Positions 58,767-64,000 of a stretch of DNA of 64,000 bases are shown piece by piece. How positions within the stretch are numbered: the first letter of the stretch is position 1; each line of letters starts with the position of its first letter. A model generated the notes under the pieces. It did not search any database, had not been told where the DNA came from, and saw nothing but the letters and a program-made list of their open reading frames with translations. A program made the position numbers and the translations under genes. The stretch is from Eledone cirrhosa (taxonomy: Eukaryota), in assembly GCA_964016885.1 (NCBI GenBank), contig OZ024749.1, positions 32,302,001 to 32,366,000 on the forward strand, in the 5' to 3' direction.

Positions 58767-58873
58767 TTCCTTACGGGACTAACACCACACTCTGGATCTG
58801 AACATATCAATGAATTAACAAGGTAAAATCCATTACAACATTATGTTTTCCTGTTTTTTCTGTTCAAGTTCTA

Positions 58874-58932
58874 GCTGCCTGATGAGGTTATAGCTGTTGA
58901 ATAACGGCTATCACTGAAATATATATAGCTGC
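58874..58932 (+). ncRNA. Type I hammerhead, stem III TATATA (family shared with 60287)
   Basis: GCTGC-CTGATGA-GGTTATAGCTGTT(GAAT)AACGGCTATCACT-GAAA-TATATA-TA-GCTGC, with one stem I mismatch. Confidence 0.78.
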
Positions 58933-59094
58933 GAATATGAATAAACGAAACTAATTTTAACCTTTTGACTTACATTTCTTGTTTTTGCATTACTCCGGAG
59001 TAAACAGACCTACCTGCGCACTTTATTGCGTGCCCTAACTTGCATACTGAAGTATCGGTAAACAACCAACACACACACATATATATATATATAG

Positions 59095-59284
59095 GAACCA
59101 GTAAGACCCCGACGGCTGAGCTCAAGCCGTTTCGACGGCTAATTCTGAGTCCAGAATTAGCCGTCGAAACGGCTTGAGCTCAGCCGTCGGGGTCTTACTG
59201 GTTCCTATTACCCACTCTACTACCCCAAGTATTGAGTACTTTGGTGCGTTATGGTCCACCTGGTTCCTTACCACATTTCCTTCG

Positions 59285-59288
<4 letters not shown>
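59095..59288 (+). mobile_element. Short (TA)n-embedded fold-back element family (copies about 7460-7665, 8690-8950, 28830-29000, 34325-34390, 44455-44505, 48890-49020, 59720-59855)
   Basis: Shared GAAACGGCTTGAGCTC(A/T)GCCGTCGGGGTC and TATTACCCACTCTACTACCC...ACCACA tail; variable inverted duplication. Confidence 0.75.
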
Positions 59289-59347
<59 letters not shown>

Positions 59348-59375
59348 ATCAAAAGATGGTTAAATGAGTTCCATG

Positions 59376-59446
59376 TATTTTATTATGCGCATTTCAAAAA
59401 CAAATATCATCATGCAATAACATTTGTGTTTTCATCAGATAAAATA
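59376..59446 (-). ncRNA. Hammerhead of the TGCGCA family, sense to the EF-hand gene intron
   Basis: Homologous to 31418-31484. Stem I TATTTTAT/ATAAAATA; partial inverted copy at 59492-59615. Confidence 0.8.
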
Positions 59447-60286
59447 TGAGGACATGATATGAAGGTTAAAAACACTTGTGGATAGTGCAGTTTGAAATGC
59501 GCATAATAAAATACATGGAACTCATTTAACCATCTTTTGATCTTATATATTATGTATACTCCAGTCCTACAAACTGCATTGCTTCATTGTACTACAATAA
59601 AACTCACCTCCTACATTATATATATATATATATATAAAATTCAAAGGGGTATATATATATATAGTTAGACATAGTCACAGATACATATATGTTCTTGCAA
59701 TTTTATATATATATATATCAGAAATATCCGTCGAAATGGCTTGAGCTCTGCCGTCGGAGTCTTACTTTTTCCTATTTCCCACTCTACTACCCTAAGTATT
59801 GAGTACTCTGGTGCGTTATGGTCCATCTGGTTCCTTACCACAATTCCTTTGTTATATATATATATATTTCTATAGACTTCTGACTGAGGAATGCTCTCAA
59901 AACTGACCAATGGGAAGTTTGACATTTTTTTGTTATTTTATTCCTTTACCATCTTGTTCCTTCTACCACTTTATCAATGTTTTAAGCTAACTCCAACAAT
60001 AACAACACTACCAACACAAGAATTGAGGTCAGATGTACCTAACAATAACAAGAACAACAACTACAGATTGGCTTTACTCAGAACGAACTTCTATAGACTT
60101 TTGAATGAGGAATGTTCTAACAACTGACCAATGAGAGGAGAAGAGGCCATTTGACACTGAAATTCGTTTGTTTGATTCCAGTTCCTCAGTGAAATAACAA
60201 CCCAACCAGGAACTGGGCATATCAGAGTATTGACAAAATTATACACCTCAACAACATATGTACTTGTCTATACCACACTAATTCGG

Positions 60287-60341
60287 ACTGCCTGAAGAGG
60301 TCACAGTCAAAGATGGCTGTCACCGAAATATATATAGCAGT
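60287..60341 (+). ncRNA. Type I hammerhead ribozyme, canonical core
   Basis: ACTGC-CTGAAGA-GGTCACAGTCA(AAGA)TGGCTGTCACC-GAAA-TATATA-TA-GCAGT. Confidence 0.88.
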
Positions 60342-60484
60342 AATAAACGAAGCTAAATTTTAAACATTTGACTTATTTATTTTACTTTATTTTACATTAC
60401 TCCGGAGTAACCAAACCAACCTGCGCACTTCGTCGAGTGCTGAAGTCTGCATACTTAGGTGTTGGTATACAACCAACATATACT

Positions 60485-60548
<64 letters not shown>

Positions 60549-60578
60549 AGTATATGTTGGTTGTATACCAACACCTAA

Positions 60579-60633
<55 letters not shown>

Positions 60634-60755
60634 TAACATATTAAAGTTTAAGCAAAGAATCGCTGCTTTCACCATTAACGGGATTTATATATATATTATC
60701 TTTATCGAGCCCTCTTCGGATTTTAGTCTTCACATTTATTATTATTACTATTAAC

Positions 60756-60791
<36 letters not shown>

Positions 60792-60817
60792 ACACATACA
60801 TACATATACATATGTAT

Positions 60818-60888
<71 letters not shown>

Positions 60889-61207
60889 TGAAACAAAATG
60901 AAAACGAAATTTCATTTCTCACTCTTAGTATGGCACTTACTTAAATGTAAGTATGCATGTATACGTACATACATATATATATATATAATTCAGGCTGTTC
61001 AGTTTGTTTACAAACGAACAAAGCGACGTTATAATAAGCGCCGCTAAACTGATACGTGCATATATGTATGTGTACCTGTATGCATATGTATGTATATATG
61101 TATATATGTGCATGCATATGTATGTACATATGTATATATATATATATATGTGCATGCAACTGTACGTCTGTATACATATATGTATGTACGTATACATGCA
61201 TACTTAC

Positions 61208-61261
<54 letters not shown>

Positions 61262-61658
61262 GAAGTGAGTGATTGAACACTAGGTATGCAACAATACCTG
61301 CATCAATTATAAATGAGATTTATTAAAGAAATGATTGTGAATAACTCTAGAAAGACTAACGTGGATTCGTGTTAATGCATCAGGGGAAACAATAGCTGAT
61401 CTATAGTTATATTTCATACAAAAGGAAACCCTCTAAAAACGATTCGATTATTCATTGCCGTGAGGCATAGAAACTTAAATAAGTTCTGATAACTCTAGTT
61501 ATATCTATAATAGATATTCATTGCGGCTGGACTGAATATAAAGACTTGGAGGAGATATACCCATAGTATCATCGCATACCTAGCCAGTTGTTAGGTATAT
61601 AGTTCCTAGGTGTATAGCGCCCTAAGCTATATTTACAAATAGAATAATTTAAACTTAC

Positions 61659-61679
61659 AATTTAGCGACGGCTTTATGC
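61659..61679 (-). CDS. 21-nt microexon (xIKPSLN) of EF-hand gene
   Basis: On the minus strand: TTTCATGTAG acceptor and GTAAGT donor, phase 1-1, joins in frame to the 58067 exon. Confidence 0.55.
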
Positions 61680-62285
61680 CTACATGAAATTAATATGTAT
61701 TGGATCGTCAAATATGAAATTTGTAGAAATTTGTTGTTTTTTTCTCTAAACATTTCTACAAATTTCATACTTGATGACCCAATATTTCGGAATTATTGAA
61801 GCGTTGGATGATAATATGAAATTTGTAAGCGTGGGAATTCCAAACGCAGAAAATAGTTGTAACAATAGTCGATGGTTGGCCAGCTACTATTTTCCAGCTA
61901 TAGGGAGGGCGTTTTACGCGATTTTTTGAAAAGTTATATGGGTATTTTATTCAATGATATGTTTAATTTAATTCTACAAATTTGTATAAAGCTGTGATCC
62001 TTTAAGGTGACACTCAAATGTCTGCATCGTATGTGGCTCCCTGTTTGACCTTCATGGCAGTGCCGGTGTGATGGGACCAAACAGAGAGGTAGATGTGGGT
62101 AAAATAGGACATACGTTAGACATAGAAGTAATATTAGCAAAAGAGTAGTTTTTGTAAAAGGAAAAGTGTTAATATGTGAAACTTTTATAAAATTACATAC
62201 GTTAGTCTCGTCTGTTGCTGTTAGTTTAGAGAATAGAACGATATAAGTTTCTGTCTTTATAAGAAACTAACCACAAACATATATA

Positions 62286-62694
62286 CGAGGGCAATCCCAA
62301 AAGTAAGGCCTCCTTCCGATATTGCAACTTTCGATATTGCAACTTTTCCGTTAAAATCCTGTGGAGGGTGCTTCGGGAAACCTCAGGAACCAAAACGCAG
62401 AGAGCATCCAGAGTGATCCGCCGATCTTTACGCATGTTTTCCTCGGAAGGAGACTTTACTTTTGGGATTGCCCTCGTATATAATAACTGCGCGAAATTCG
62501 CACTTGGCGGTAGCGTTCAACGGGAGCTCCATTCTCAACGGCTGCTAAGCCAAGATTGAGCATCCCAGCGAAGCGCGCGCATGCTTGTTTGGGAGTGAAG
62601 GAAACACCAATCACAACAGTGTTGCCAACAGCCGTAAGAACAGTCTCACTGCGTCCCCATCGCTTTGGAGACCTTATTTCTGCGATTACCCTCG
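62286..62694 (-). mobile_element. Internally deleted mariner-type DNA transposon (two right-hand TIR copies)
   Basis: TA-CGAGGGCAATCCCAAAAGTAA...TTACTTTTGGGATTGCCCTCG-TA (62286-62476). Transposase piece DRRITLDAL...SRSTLHRILTEKLQYRK; diverged second TIR ends at 62694. Confidence 0.85.
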
Positions 62695-62864
62695 TACATG
62701 AGCTTGATTATATACTAATAGGCATATATACATATATACATATATACATATATACATACGTATATACAAATGTATGTAAATGTATATACATATATCCAGA
62801 AAACACGTATATTGTACAAATAAACAGTCATATATCCGTTCAGTTGCACATACGTACGTATTAT

Positions 62865-62900
<36 letters not shown>

Positions 62901-63014
62901 CGACGACGTAGCCTGAGGCATTACAATAATGAACAGATGAACCAATACGGCTTCGTATTAGACCTATCATCCGGACCTAATGAACTTGTAGCTCTGTATT
63001 ATTTAGCAGTAATA

Positions 63015-63072
<58 letters not shown>

Positions 63073-63315
63073 GAGGTTATATTTAATTTGTTGGGATACA
63101 ACAAGCAAAATATTTTTATAACTGATATCAAGCACTCAACAAATTATTGGAGTAAATATACAATATATTAACAAATGGAAACTATATTTATAAAACCATA
63201 TTTATTTCATTATACATATTTCAAGGGCCACCAAGGCAAATAGGAGATTCCAACCAGAATGGTTGTATTTTTTAATGGTATGTCAATATTTATTCATAAA
63301 ACTAACCTATATTAT

Positions 63316-63379
63316 ATTTTATCTGATGAAAGCGCACCATAATTTGCCTTGGTGGCCCTAGAAATATGTATAATGAAAT
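63316..63379 (+). ncRNA. Type I hammerhead (family shared with 33094) in inverted repeat about 63160-63422
   Basis: ATTTTAT-CTGATGA-AAGCGCACCA...TGGTGGCCCTA-GAAA-TATGTA-TA-ATGAAAT. Confidence 0.72.
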
Positions 63380-63462
63380 AAATATAGTTTTATAAATATA
63401 GTTTCCATTTGTTAATATATTGCATGGCCTCAGCCGGATGGTTGAAACAGGTAAAAGAGTAA

Positions 63463-63536
<74 letters not shown>

Positions 63537-64000
63537 ATATGCTATGGTATGCTCCTGTAACTCTTGAGTCATTTATATGGCATTTTTAAACCTGACAGAG
63601 CTCATCTCATCTCCAGGTTTGAATGCTGCAGATTTCTCCAGAGAAGGATAGAGAGAATGAAAGAATGGAAGTGAAAAAGAGATATAGAGGACAAATCGAC
63701 CCTGGTATTTAACTGGTACTTTTTTTATCGACCACAATTGGAAGAAAGGCAAAGTTTACCTCGGTCGCGTTTGAACCCCGTGTACAGAGAGTCGGTATGA
63801 ATACCGCAAAATATTCTATCTGACATTTTAACAATTCTGCCAATTCACCGCCATGTCTATGGGTATATATAGGGGTCAAGTTTACCTTTAAAATGTGAGG
63901 AGTCAAACCAACATTTGTTGATTCTTAAAGAAGCATGTTAGTATTACTTATGGTCCCTTTTCCGGACCCTATCAGATAAGTAAAAGTTTACGTTAATTAA

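Noticed and set aside
63590-63650. Possible upstream exon of the EF-hand gene
   Set aside because: Weak donor, and the only open frame ends in a phase incompatible with the phase-1 microexon.

Overview
Very AT-rich, microsatellite-dense eukaryotic genomic DNA. The SINE and repeat content suggests a coleoid cephalopod (octopus-like); this is an inference. The window holds two spliced host genes. On the + strand are the 3' exons of a P4-ATPase phospholipid flippase (ATP11-like): seven well-supported exons at 290-12830 and candidate alternative C-terminal exons to about 29.7 kb. On the - strand is a four-EF-hand Ca2+-binding protein gene (exons 61659-61679, 57921-58067, 56062-56301, 54929-54954). 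The rest is mostly mobile DNA: CORE-type and Nin/Deu-like tRNA SINEs, RTE/CR1/R4 LINE fragments, a non-autonomous Gypsy LTR element with scrambled pol, mariner, Tc1-like and piggyBac-like MITEs, Penelope-like element (PLE) fragments, and several minisatellites. The main unannotated signal is a dense set of minimal type I hammerhead ribozymes from several families. They have palindromic stem III loops (CAATTG, TGCGCA, TGATCA, TATATA) and sit in short elements embedded in (TA)n tracts, often folded back into palindromes. One has been amplified into a 13 x 53-bp hammerhead tandem array (37042-37730). All structures were paired by eye; no folding or database search was run.
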